Shown: positions 16,878 to 25,578, counted from the stretch's first letter. The stretch: 25,989 nucleotides of DNA from Gemmatimonadota bacterium (GCA_039588275.1 JBDHAC010000083.1:1-25989); one strand, 5' to 3'. A program made the numbers and translations. The notes: generated by a model not told the origin, from the sequence alone.

Positions 16878-18410
16878 ATGAGGGTCTCGACAAAGCTCGG
16901 ACTGGCTTTCGGGCTACTCGTATCGCTCGTCGTGGCGATGCTCGTGTACCACGTGTCTGTGATCCAGGAGGTCGCCAGGCTGAATCGTGATCTTTCGGCC
17001 GTGACCGTGCGACTCGCGCTCAGCTCGACGGACCAGCTCGGGCAACTCGACGACCTCGAGGAGAACGCGAGCAAATATCTCGTGACCGGCGACGAGGGCT
17101 ACCTCGAGGCGTACCGGCGATCGCGCCGCGCGTTTACCGGCTCGCTTCAGCAGCTCCGCGACCTGCCACTCACCGGGGATGAACAGGTTGAAGTCGAGCT
17201 CTTGTCCGGCCTGTGGAACGCGTTCTTGCGCACGGTCTCGCTCGGGGCATCGGCTGACTCGCTCGCGGCCGACGGTGATCTGTCCGCCCGACTCGCGGAC
17301 GTGGCGAACGAGGTGGAGCCTTTACGACGCCAGACGCTCCGGGTGAGCCAGGCCTCACAGCTCGCGATGGCGGCGACAGTGGAGCTCTCCACGGCAGCCG
17401 CGCGGCGTGCGAGCCGCATGTCGGGCGGTGCCGGCGTGGCGGCCGCTCTGGCCGCCGTGTTGCTGGCCCTCATCATCGTCAGGTCCATCTCGGAGCGCCT
17501 CGGCCAACTGAAGCGGGGCGCACAGGGCGTAGCGGAGGGCGACTTCTCCGTGCGGGTGGACACGCAGGGATCCGATGAGTTCTCCGAGGTCGCGCAGACT
17601 TTCAACGCCATGACGGAGCGGCTCGGTGAGCTGGACCGGATGAAGCGCGACTTCCTCTCGCAGGTCTCCCACGATCTGAAGACGCCGCTCGCGTCCATAC
17701 ACGAGACCAATCAACTCTTGCTGGACCAGCTCCCCGGGGAACTGAACGAAAAGCAGCGACATCTCCTCCGGCTCACGACCCGGAGCGCCGACCGACTCTC
17801 CATCATGATCGGCAAGTTGCTCGACATGGCGCGGCTCGACGCCGGGGCGATCGAGTACGAGTTCCGGGAGCACGAGGTGGGGGCTCTCATCCGGGCAGCC
17901 GTTTTGGAGATCATCTCGCAGGCGGCAGATCGCGGGCTGCGCATCGAGACCGAACTGCCGAACCGCGCGGTACACATCGAATGCGACGGGGATCGGGTAA
18001 CCCAGGTCGTGATCAATCTGCTCGAGAACGCCGTCAAGTTCTCGGATCCTGGAAGCCGAGTCGTCGTACGGGTCGAGTGCCTTGACGGCGGGGCGTTCCA
18101 GCTTGCGACCCCTTCTACGCGCGAGAGAGGGGGCGAGGTGGCTCGAATCTCGGTCCTCGACCGTGGACCGGGGATTCCGAGCGCCGACAAACGCAGGATC
18201 TTCGACCGGTTTCACCAGGCAGCCTCCGCAGGGCGCGATACCGAGCGCGGCGTGGGTCTCGGACTCGCGATATGTCGAGAGATCGCGACCGCGCACGCGG
18301 GCGAGGTCCAGGTGACGGACCGTAGCGGAGGCGGGAGCGTCTTCTCGCTCCTCATCCCCAATGCTCGGACAGAATGGGCCGAGGCCGAGTTGGCCCGCAC
18401 GGGGACGTAG
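16878..18410 (+). CDS. Membrane sensor histidine kinase with HAMP domain (GlrK/QseE-like)
   Basis: Two TM helices around a periplasmic helical domain; HAMP (DEFSEVAQTFNAM), VSHDLKTPL, NLLENAVKF, DRGPGI and GVGLGL. Confidence 0.95.
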   Translation: MRVSTKLGLAFGLLVSLVVAMLVYHVSVIQEVARLNRDLSAVTVRLALSSTDQLGQLDDLEENASKYLVTGDEGYLEAYRRSRRAFTGSLQQLRDLPLTGDEQVEVELLSGLWNAFLRTVSLGASADSLAADGDLSARLADVANEVEPLRRQTLRVSQASQLAMAATVELSTAAARRASRMSGGAGVAAALAAVLLALIIVRSISERLGQLKRGAQGVAEGDFSVRVDTQGSDEFSEVAQTFNAMTERLGELDRMKRDFLSQVSHDLKTPLASIHETNQLLLDQLPGELNEKQRHLLRLTTRSADRLSIMIGKLLDMARLDAGAIEYEFREHEVGALIRAAVLEIISQAADRGLRIETELPNRAVHIECDGDRVTQVVINLLENAVKFSDPGSRVVVRVECLDGGAFQLATPSTRERGGEVARISVLDRGPGIPSADKRRIFDRFHQAASAGRDTERGVGLGLAICREIATAHAGEVQVTDRSGGGSVFSLLIPNARTEWAEAELARTGT

Positions 18411-18416
18411 ACCGCG

Positions 18417-19034
18417 ATGAACCGCACTCCGCTGGCCTTGCCGATCCTGTTGGTGGCCCTCGCGGCTGGGTGCGCGACGAGCGTATTCGACAAGCACTTC
18501 GAGCGGGGAAGGTACGCCGCCGCCGCTGCCGCATTCGAGCAGGACAGCGCGCTCCGCTATGACGAGCGTTCGCTGTTCCGTGCAGGGCTCGTGCACGCGT
18601 TCCCGTCCTCCGACGCGTTCGATCCCTCGCTGGCGCTGGAGTACTTCGCGCGACTCGACTCGCTGTTTCCGGACAACCCCTACCGGGTCGAGGCACGTCG
18701 CATCGGCGCGCTCCTGGAGGATCGCAGCCGTCTTCAATCGGAGTTGGAGCTTCATCGCTCCGACCTGGACGACCTGCGCGCCCGGATCGCGCGGTTCGCC
18801 GATCGCGAAAGGCGGCTGGAGCGAAGAGGTGCGGAGCGGGACGCCGAGGTGGCCCGTCTGGAGGCTCAGGCCGCCCTGCTCGAAAGCCAGCTACGTGAGC
18901 GCTCCGTCGAGCTCGCGGCGTTACGGCAAGAGCTCGAGCGACTCAAAGCCATCGATCTGAGGTCGTCTAGATCCCGGAGCCGTTCAGGTGATGGGGGGCC
19001 CGATACCACGGGAAGCGACGGGCGACCGAGGTAA
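18417..19034 (+). CDS. Lipoprotein with TPR-like helices and coiled coil (QseG/YfhG-like)
   Basis: Lipobox LAAG-C; C-terminal coiled coil ending ELERLKAID; 6 bp after the kinase gene. Confidence 0.8.
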   Translation: MNRTPLALPILLVALAAGCATSVFDKHFERGRYAAAAAAFEQDSALRYDERSLFRAGLVHAFPSSDAFDPSLALEYFARLDSLFPDNPYRVEARRIGALLEDRSRLQSELELHRSDLDDLRARIARFADRERRLERRGAERDAEVARLEAQAALLESQLRERSVELAALRQELERLKAIDLRSSRSRSRSGDGGPDTTGSDGRPR

Positions 19035-19893
19035 ACGGGAATTCCGACAGAAGACGCTCGAGACGCGGCAGCGTCACCCGCCACCTGGCTGCATGGCGAA
19101 GCCGGCGGAGGAGGGAGGCGCGCAGGAGCGGTTGAACGACATCGGCTTCCCATGAACGGACGTGCAGGACAGCGGCCGTGCGGGTCGACGCATGTGAGGC
19201 CACCGCGCGATGGGTCAAGGCGAATGGAAGCAGCCGGAGTGACTCTCCACCCGCCCTCGGCAGCCGTAATCCCCCGAGCCGCACCGGGGTCGGTGGGATT
19301 TCCAGCACGGCTCCGCTCGGAGACCGGATCCAGTGGGGGAAGAGGGACCGCGCGCCGCGGAGATGGCTCCGCAATGTCGGAGTGAGGCTCGAGTCGTACT
19401 GATACCCCTCTTCGATGAGGACCTGGAACGCCCAGTGGCTCGCGGACCGAAGCGACCGGTCCGGTGCCCTGAACCCGACCACCGACCCCCCGGAGATGTC
19501 CTCGAGCACGGCCCGGTCGCTTCTCAGCCCGTGCCGCATTTGTCTGGAAGTCATGTAGGCCAGCGGGCGAGGCCACCAACCCAGGACGGCCAGCTCGTGA
19601 CCGGCATTCGCGATTGCCCGAACGACGCTCGGGTGTTTCAGGCCGATCCAGCCGAGAGTGAAAAAGGTGGCTCTGGCGTCATATCGCGCGAGAGCCTCGA
19701 GCAACGACTCCACACACCGCTCGAGCCGGCTCGGCATGACCTCCCAGTCTTCCAACGAGATCACACCGTTGAAGGCGGGGATCTGGAAGTACTCCAGGAC
19801 ATCTATGGTGAGGGCATGGGCGGGCGCTTCGCTGGCCAGATATGAAGCGCCGCCCGGCCGGAGAGCACGTGGAGGGGTAATCGCGGCATCCAC
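18967..19893 (-). CDS. Polysaccharide deacetylase family protein (XrtA/PEP-CTERM-associated type, DUF3473) with degenerate active site
   Basis: ALTIDV, ATFFTLGW, GHEL, GFRAP, GYQYDSS and GGESLRLLP. GTG at 19893 follows a GGGGAG SD; alternative start at 19935. Confidence 0.85.
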   Translation of the reverse strand: MDAAITPPRALRPGGASYLASEAPAHALTIDVLEYFQIPAFNGVISLEDWEVMPSRLERCVESLLEALARYDARATFFTLGWIGLKHPSVVRAIANAGHELAVLGWWPRPLAYMTSRQMRHGLRSDRAVLEDISGGSVVGFRAPDRSLRSASHWAFQVLIEEGYQYDSSLTPTLRSHLRGARSLFPHWIRSPSGAVLEIPPTPVRLGGLRLPRAGGESLRLLPFALTHRAVASHASTRTAAVLHVRSWEADVVQPLLRASLLRRLRHAARWRVTLPRLERLLSEFPFTSVARRFPWYRAPHHLNGSGI

Positions 19894-19936
19894 GTCCAGC
19901 TCCCCGGACCGGAGCGGCACACATGGGCCTTGCATG

Positions 19937-20182
19937 CGGACGGGCGGGGATCAGGAGCCGTGGCGTACGACCGCTAGCTCTGTATGACGGCTCCCATCCA
20001 CACCCTCGGAATGACGCTTCGAGGCGCCACCCTTCACATCCCTCGTCTCGAGCTCCACGATCCGCACGTCCAGGCTCCCGGGTAAGACCGATCCCCCCGC
20101 CCATCGACGGACCACGTCTGGTGCGTGGCCCGTCGGCCTGCGGCGCCCGAGCGGGTCCAACCGAACGCGGCGCCGCAGGAAC
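19937..20182 (-). ncRNA. Candidate structured ncRNA or long structured 5' leader
   Basis: At least seven nested or adjacent stems found by eye, with mismatches resolving as G-U pairs on the minus strand. Begins just downstream of a sigma54 promoter. No known family recognised. Confidence 0.5.
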
Positions 20183-20192
20183 GATCTTCAAA

Positions 20193-20208
20193 AGCAACAC
20201 GCGGGCCA
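20193..20208 (-). promoter_or_regulatory. Sigma54 (-24/-12) promoter
   Basis: Minus strand TGGCCCGCGTGTTGCT has exact GG-N10-GC spacing and is close to the TGGCACG-N4-TTGCW consensus. Confidence 0.75.
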
Positions 20209-20225
20209 CGACGTGCGTGACACGT

Positions 20226-20238
20226 TATGTGTCTGATT
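20226..20238 (-). promoter_or_regulatory. IHF-like binding site
   Basis: Minus strand AATCAGACACATA has one mismatch to WATCAR-N4-TTR and sits in an AT-rich patch between the promoter and the upstream palindromes. Confidence 0.5.
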
Positions 20239-20293
20239 TGTAGTCGGTTAAGGTCGATGCCGTGCTGGGAGGGTACTCCGTGAAAGACGATGA

Positions 20294-20342
20294 ATCGGGG
20301 AAGCCTTCCCCGATCGGCGTCGGCGTGGCGGGAATTTTTCCC
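20294..20342. promoter_or_regulatory. Pair of GGGAA-N3-TTCCC palindromes, candidate enhancer (UAS) for a sigma54 activator
   Basis: ATCGGGGAAgccTTCCCCGAT (20294-20314) and GGGAAtttTTCCC (20330-20342); centres are 32 bp apart. Confidence 0.55.
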
Positions 20343-20959
20343 TAGCTAAACGGGCCCGCGAGCTCGGGGAAACGATACACGACCACGCCGCTGTCGGGGG
20401 CGTTGTCTACATCTACGTACCCCTTGGCGACCATCTCGCGGAGCGATTCCTCGACCTGCTCGAAGGTCAGGCCCGTGGCCACGACCCCCTGCGTGACGGT
20501 GAGTGCCCCGCCGTTCTGTTGTGCGGCTTTGAGGAGCGACTGCTGTACGGTCTGCCGCGGGGGGAGCGGTGGAGGGGAGGGCGGCGTGGCCAGACGCTGT
20601 GCCAGCCGGGGGTGAGGGAGGTATCCCTCACGGATGTTGGCGTCCGTCACCAACCCCTTCATCCGGAACAGATCGATGAACTGGCCGATCCCGAACAGCC
20701 CCCAGGTAAGGAGCCACAGGATGCCGGTGCCGTACTTCCCGAGGTAGATCCGGTGCACGCCACCCAAGCCGACCAGGAACAGGCACCAGAGGGCATACCC
20801 GATGCTGTCTCGGTACATGCTCTCGCTTGCCGGTGTCCCACCGACCGGTTGGGGCGCGGGCGGCGCCGGGGGCGGTGCCGCGGGCACGCCCGTCGGTTGC
20901 GACGTCGCCGGGTAGACCGGCGCACCGGGGTCGTTCGGATGCTCCATCATCCCAGCCAT
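20342..20959 (-). CDS. TM2/NINE-domain membrane protein with Pro-rich linkers and C-terminal winged-helix-like domain
   Basis: GLGGVHRIYLGKYGTGILWLLTWGLFGIGQFIDL is the TM2 signature; GGALTVTQGVVATGL...YRFPEL at the C-terminus. Start could be 20950 or 20947. Confidence 0.88.
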   Translation of the reverse strand: MAGMMEHPNDPGAPVYPATSQPTGVPAAPPPAPPAPQPVGGTPASESMYRDSIGYALWCLFLVGLGGVHRIYLGKYGTGILWLLTWGLFGIGQFIDLFRMKGLVTDANIREGYLPHPRLAQRLATPPSPPPLPPRQTVQQSLLKAAQQNGGALTVTQGVVATGLTFEQVEESLREMVAKGYVDVDNAPDSGVVVYRFPELAGPFS

Positions 20960-21011
20960 CGTACGTCTGAGTACGCTCTGGAGTTTCCTTCGCTCATGCG
21001 TGCTTTCCCGA

Positions 21012-22115
21012 TCACGTCGAGGTTCTGAAGAACAGGATATCGCCGTCCTGCACCACGTAGTCCTTCCCCTCGCTCCGTATCAGGCCCCGCTCTCGCGCCG
21101 CTTTCAGCGAACCGGCGCGCACGAAGTCCTGGAAATGTATCGTCTCGGCCCTGATAAAGCCGCGCTCGAAGTCCGTGTGCACCTTCCCGGCGGCCTCCAG
21201 CGCGTGAGCACCGATGCGGACCGTCCATCCGCGAACCTCGCTCTCTCCAATCGTGAAGAAGGTGTGCAGCCCGAGGAGGCGGTAACCCGCGCGTATCAAG
21301 CGGTCCAGCCCCGGCTCCTCGAGCCCGAGAGCCTCGGCGTACTCCGCCCTCTCCTCGGGTGGCAGCTGCGCGATCTCGGCTTCCAGCCGGGCGCTTTCGT
21401 TCAGCACGAGAGCGTCGCGGTCGCTCGTCTCCAGCCAGTTCGTGACCCGGTCCTCGAGCGGGTGTTCCGCTGCCCCACCCGGCTCCTCCACGTTCAGCAC
21501 ATACATCATTGGCTTCAGGGTGAGGAGGGCCAGCGAGCTCGTCTGCCTCAGCTCATCTTCCGACAGACCCTCTGCGCGGGCCGGTTCTCCGCGATCGAGG
21601 CGTCGTTCGACCCGCTCCAGAAGTCCGACCAGAGCCGCTTCCTCCTTGTCACCCGCACGGGCCTTTCGCTCGGCCGTCTGTCGGCGCTTGGCAACGACTT
21701 CGAGGTCCGCGAGCGCGAGCTCGGTCTCTATGATCCCCAATCCTTCTACCGCATCGCCCGTGCCTTCGGGCTGCACCACGGTCGGGTCCTCGAACGCACG
21801 CACGACGTGGACCAGCGCGTCGGCTTCGCGCACGTGGTGCAGGAAGCGGTTGCCGAGACCCTCGCCCCGGGATGCCCCCGCGACCAGACCGGCGATGTCG
21901 ACGAACTCGACGACCGGTGGGACCTTCTGGCGCGGCGGTAGCATCTCGTGCAGCCGGTCCAGGCGCGGGTCGGGAACCTCGATCACGCCGATGTTGGGAT
22001 CGATCGTGCAGAACGGATAGTTATCCGCGGGTACGGCAACCGCCGTCAGGGCTTGGAACAGCGTGGACTTGCCGACGTTCGGCAACCCGATGATCCCGAT
22101 GGAGAGCTGAGCCAT
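21012..22115 (-). CDS. ychF: Redox-regulated ATPase YchF
   Basis: [51 protein letters not shown] and [11 protein letters not shown]. Confidence 0.97.
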   Translation of the reverse strand: MAQLSIGIIGLPNVGKSTLFQALTAVAVPADNYPFCTIDPNIGVIEVPDPRLDRLHEMLPPRQKVPPVVEFVDIAGLVAGASRGEGLGNRFLHHVREADALVHVVRAFEDPTVVQPEGTGDAVEGLGIIETELALADLEVVAKRRQTAERKARAGDKEEAALVGLLERVERRLDRGEPARAEGLSEDELRQTSSLALLTLKPMMYVLNVEEPGGAAEHPLEDRVTNWLETSDRDALVLNESARLEAEIAQLPPEERAEYAEALGLEEPGLDRLIRAGYRLLGLHTFFTIGESEVRGWTVRIGAHALEAAGKVHTDFERGFIRAETIHFQDFVRAGSLKAARERGLIRSEGKDYVVQDGDILFFRTST

Positions 22116-22271
22116 CCGACGCGCGTCGCCTCTGACAGCGGGGTGGGGCACAGGTCTGTTTCGACCCGATCTTCGCCCCCTCATGATACCATGCGCGAGC
22201 GGGCCGGACACCTCTCGCTCCACCCGGGGGTACCGTCTACGTTGTGGCCGCCTAGATTGCCGGTTAGACGT

Positions 22272-22346
22272 GGTGGGCGTAGCTCAGTCGGTTAGAGCGC
22301 CAGGTTGTGGCCCTGGAGGTCGCGGGTTCGAATCCCGTCGCTCACC
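22272..22346 (+). tRNA. tRNA-His(GTG) with G-1:C73, CCA not encoded
   Basis: G+GTGGGCG/CGCTCAC+C acceptor stem, anticodon arm CCAGG-TTGTGGC-CCTGG, T-loop TTCGAAT. Confidence 0.97.
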
Positions 22347-22356
22347 CTCTCCCAAC

Positions 22357-22393
22357 AAGAAGCCCCGCCGCGGCTTGCGGCGGGGCCTTCTTT
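22357..22393. terminator. Intrinsic terminator, probably bidirectional (tRNA-His / HU gene)
   Basis: AAGAAG-CCCCGCCGC-ggctt-GCGGCGGGG-CCTTCTTT. Confidence 0.8.
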
Positions 22394-22438
22394 GCACCCT
22401 GGTAAGCATGAATGCGCTCTACGGCACGAGCGGCTACG

Positions 22439-22789
22439 TCACGGCCAGGATGGAATCGGGGTCGGGGCTGGTGCCACCGGCGACGGAGCGGGTGCCCGAT
22501 CGCTCACGCGCTCCTTCAGGTTCTTCCCGGCCCTGAAGGTCGGCACCGTTCTCTCCGGGATCCACAACTGATCTCCCGTCTGCGGATTCCGCCCGGTACG
22601 CGCCTTTCGGTGGCGCGTGCCGAACGTGCCGAAGCCGGTGATCATGAAGTCCCGACCCGCGTCGAGTTCGACCGCGATGATCCCCGTACCGGAATCGGTC
22701 CCGAAGATGCAGTCGATCACCTCTCTTGCTTTGGCTTTCGAGAGGTCCGTCCTCTCCGCGAGCTTCGTCGCGAAATCTTCCTTCGTCAT
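22439..22789 (-). CDS. hup: HU family DNA-binding protein
   Basis: MTKEDF...ITGFGTF...RKARTGRNPQTG...VPTFRAGKNLKE; AAAGGAGAGG SD. Confidence 0.93.
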   Translation of the reverse strand: MTKEDFATKLAERTDLSKAKAREVIDCIFGTDSGTGIIAVELDAGRDFMITGFGTFGTRHRKARTGRNPQTGDQLWIPERTVPTFRAGKNLKERVSDRAPAPSPVAPAPTPIPSWP

Positions 22790-22858
22790 TCGATCCTCTC
22801 CTTTGATGTGGGAATCCGCGGGCGAGCGAACAGATTCTTCCTCGAAGGGCGCCACCTG

Positions 22859-23128
22859 CTACGGCATCAGGTCTTGTCCGGCGCCACCGATCACATGTGG
22901 TGGTTCCGGCTCCTCACCGATCCATCTGTGGAAGGAAGGGTCCCGTAGCGCGTCGTCGACGCGCGGTGACTCCGCAGGAGCAGCTGGAGCGCGAATTCGC
23001 CTCAAGGGAGGAAAGATGACGGGTCGGGAGTGGAGTTCCCTGCTGGCGAGCCGCGCCATGCGCCGCATGAGCAGGGCCAAATCCAGTCCGACGCGATCGA
23101 ACAGGTCCGGCAGCGTACTCGTCGTCAT
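22859..23128 (-). CDS. Small hypothetical protein (89 aa)
   Basis: GAGGT SD before the ATG; co-oriented 69 bp upstream of the HU gene; no motif recognised. Confidence 0.55.
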   Translation of the reverse strand: MTTSTLPDLFDRVGLDLALLMRRMARLASRELHSRPVIFPPLRRIRAPAAPAESPRVDDALRDPSFHRWIGEEPEPPHVIGGAGQDLMP

Positions 23129-23363
23129 ATCGTGCGACCTCGAGACGGGCGCACGGACGGGACGCGCTAATCTCGCTAGATTCGGCAGCCGAGGTCAACC
23201 CTGGACACCCAGGGCACGCGCTTCCAGACAGCCCCGGCACCCACTTCGGATGGCCGCGACCCCAGCCCCGCGGAGCCCTTGACGTCGGCCCTCCGGCCGC
23301 TTCAACGTGCCCATCAGTCGGCCGGTATTCCCCTGTTCACCCTTCTTCGATCCGGAGGCGCTG

Positions 23364-23759
23364 ATGTCAGATCTCGATGCCCTACAAGCGATAGTCACGG
23401 CGTGGGATGATGCGATGAACAACGGCGATCTGAATGCGACGCTGGCTCTCTACGTGGACGATGACCCGATGACCATGCCGCCGCACGGTCCGACGGCCGT
23501 GGGGAAGGGAGCGATCGCCGAAGTGATCTCCGGGCTTCACGCGATGGGCAAGCTGACCGTGCGAAACACCTTCGGGGATGCCCACATTTCGGGCGACCTG
23601 GCCATGATGCACGGTACGTTCACGCTCCGCGTCGAGCCGGAGATCGGCCCCGCGGTCGACGACGCTGGAAAGTGGGTGTGCGCCTGCCAGCGCCAGGTGG
23701 ACGGGAGCTGGAAGACCCTGTACAACATCTGGAACAGCGACCACCCGCTCCCTGAGTGA
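23364..23759 (+). CDS. SnoaL-like/YybH (DUF4440) NTF2-fold protein
   Basis: GGAGG SD before ATG 23364; WDDAMNNGDL, ISGDLAM and GKW...RQVDGSWK...IWNSD. Confidence 0.9.
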   Translation: MSDLDALQAIVTAWDDAMNNGDLNATLALYVDDDPMTMPPHGPTAVGKGAIAEVISGLHAMGKLTVRNTFGDAHISGDLAMMHGTFTLRVEPEIGPAVDDAGKWVCACQRQVDGSWKTLYNIWNSDHPLPE

Positions 23760-23792
23760 CCGAGCCGATCTCTCGCCCCTCGCACTGGTAGC

Positions 23793-23820
23793 GACGGGCC
23801 GACTCCGCGGTCGGCCCGTC
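23793..23820. other. 11-bp perfect intergenic inverted repeat
   Basis: GACGGGCCGAC-tccgcg-GTCGGCCCGTC, 13 nt before the next start codon. Confidence 0.6.
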
Positions 23821-23833
23821 TTCGCGTCCCCCC

Positions 23834-25486
23834 ATGACGGAGACTCCCGAGATGCCACCGAGCGTCGGAACACCCACTCGCGTTGCCACCTGGAGTGAGC
23901 TCGATGACCGTGTGCCCGCATACGCGCTCGTAGGCGGAGTCGACCTGGTCGTGATCCGGTACGACGACAAAGCCTCGGTCTTGTACGGCCGCTGCCTTCA
24001 CCGGGGAGCGCTCCTCGCGGACGGCCACATCGAAGGAGAGGATTTGATCTGCGGCGTGCATGGCTGGGACTATCGGTACGATACGGGGGTCAGCTCGTAT
24101 AAGAACGAGGAGTCGCTTCACAAGTTCGCCGCCTGGGTGGATCCGGAGCAGGACGCCGTCCTCGTGGATGCCGAGGAGGTGGCCGCGTGGGAGGATGCGC
24201 ACCCGCAGCCATACCGGCGCGACGACTACTTGGGACTGTACGCTGACCCCCACGGCACCTCCGCAGAGCCTCACAACAGGTACATCCAGCAGCTCGCGAA
24301 GCACGGGCTCGAGAATGTGGGGCACCACGGAGCGGTGTCGGCGATGGGCGTCCCGCTCACAGAACTCCCGCGCTGGTCCGACATCCAGATCCTGACCGCG
24401 CAACTCGCGCGAAAGCCCTTGTTGGACGAGGCACCCGTAGGCACGGAGCTCGTAATCGGCCCGGGCGCCGCCAAGCCGCTCCGCCTCGCGATCCCGGTGT
24501 TTGTGAGCGACATGAGCTTCGGCGCACTGAGCCAGGAGGCGAAGGTCGCGCTCTCCAGAGGCGCGGAGATCGCAGGCACGGGGATTTGTTCGGGCGAAGG
24601 TGGGATGCTCCCAGAAGAGCAGGCAGCCAACTCACGCTATATGTACGAGCTCGCTTCGGCCCGCTTTGGGTGGAGCCTCGACGCAGTGCGAAAGGTGCAG
24701 GCGTTTCACTTCAAGGGAGGGCAGGGGGCCAAGACCGGGACCGGAGGCCACCTGCCCGGGCGAAAGGTCACCGAGAAGATCGCCGTGGTGCGTGGCCTGA
24801 CGCCGGGGGAGCCCGCCATCTCGCCGGCTACGTTCCCCGACCTAGTCACGCCGTCCGATTTCCGAGACCTCGCCGAGCAAGTGAGGGAGACCAGCGGAGG
24901 GATTCCGATCGGATTCAAGCTGTCCGCGCAGCACCTCGAGGCCGACATCGACTTCGCCCTCGAGGTCGGCGTGGACTACATCATCGTAGACGGGCGGGGC
25001 GGAGCGACCGGAGCAGCACCAAATCTCTTCAAAGAGAACATCTCCGTCCCCACCATCCCGGCGCTCGCCCGCGCCCGCACCCATCTAGACGCATGCGGCG
25101 CCGAGGAAGTCACGCTCATCATCACGGGAGGGCTTCGTACCGAGTCCGATTTCATCAAGGCCCTGGCGTTGGGGGCGGATGGCGTCGCGATCGCCAACTC
25201 GGCGATCCAGGCCGTCGGGTGCCTCGGGATGCGAGCCTGCCACACGAACAACTGCCCGGTGGGAATCGCGACGCAGCGCGAGAACCTCCGCGCCCGATTA
25301 ATCGTCGAGCAGTCGGCCCGCCAGCTGGGGAACTTCCTGATCGCGAGCGTCGAGCTGATGAAGGTGATGGCACGTGCCTGCGGTCACTCCCATCTGAACG
25401 AGTTCGTGCGGGAGGATCTGACCACGTGGAAGCGCGAGATGGCGGGGCTGACGGGGATTCGATACGCGGGCGTCACCCCGGTATAG
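23834..25486 (+). CDS. Rieske [2Fe-2S] domain fused to an FMN-binding glutamate synthase-related domain
   Basis: Rieske ligands CLHRG...CGVHG; DMSFGALS, SGEGG, GQGAKTGTGGHLP, DGRGGATG, TGGLR and the Fe-S motif CLGMRACHTNNCPVG. Confidence 0.92.
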   Translation: MTETPEMPPSVGTPTRVATWSELDDRVPAYALVGGVDLVVIRYDDKASVLYGRCLHRGALLADGHIEGEDLICGVHGWDYRYDTGVSSYKNEESLHKFAAWVDPEQDAVLVDAEEVAAWEDAHPQPYRRDDYLGLYADPHGTSAEPHNRYIQQLAKHGLENVGHHGAVSAMGVPLTELPRWSDIQILTAQLARKPLLDEAPVGTELVIGPGAAKPLRLAIPVFVSDMSFGALSQEAKVALSRGAEIAGTGICSGEGGMLPEEQAANSRYMYELASARFGWSLDAVRKVQAFHFKGGQGAKTGTGGHLPGRKVTEKIAVVRGLTPGEPAISPATFPDLVTPSDFRDLAEQVRETSGGIPIGFKLSAQHLEADIDFALEVGVDYIIVDGRGGATGAAPNLFKENISVPTIPALARARTHLDACGAEEVTLIITGGLRTESDFIKALALGADGVAIANSAIQAVGCLGMRACHTNNCPVGIATQRENLRARLIVEQSARQLGNFLIASVELMKVMARACGHSHLNEFVREDLTTWKREMAGLTGIRYAGVTPV

Positions 25487-25542
25487 GGACGGGTGAGGAC
25501 GGCCGGGACCCACCTCCCATGGGGCTCCGGGGCCCGTCTACA

Positions 25543-25571
25543 TTGACACATCCTGCATTCAGGAGTAGAAT
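25543..25571 (+). promoter_or_regulatory. Sigma70-type rRNA promoter
   Basis: TTGACA (25543-25548), 17-bp spacer, TAGAAT (25566-25571), then a GC-rich discriminator. Confidence 0.9.
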
Positions 25572-25578
25572 GAGGGCT

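Noticed and set aside
19951..20160. 69-aa minus-strand ORF inside the structured region
   Set aside because: TTG start without an SD, buried in a strong hairpin, with no motif. RNA structure explains the region better, though coding is not excluded.
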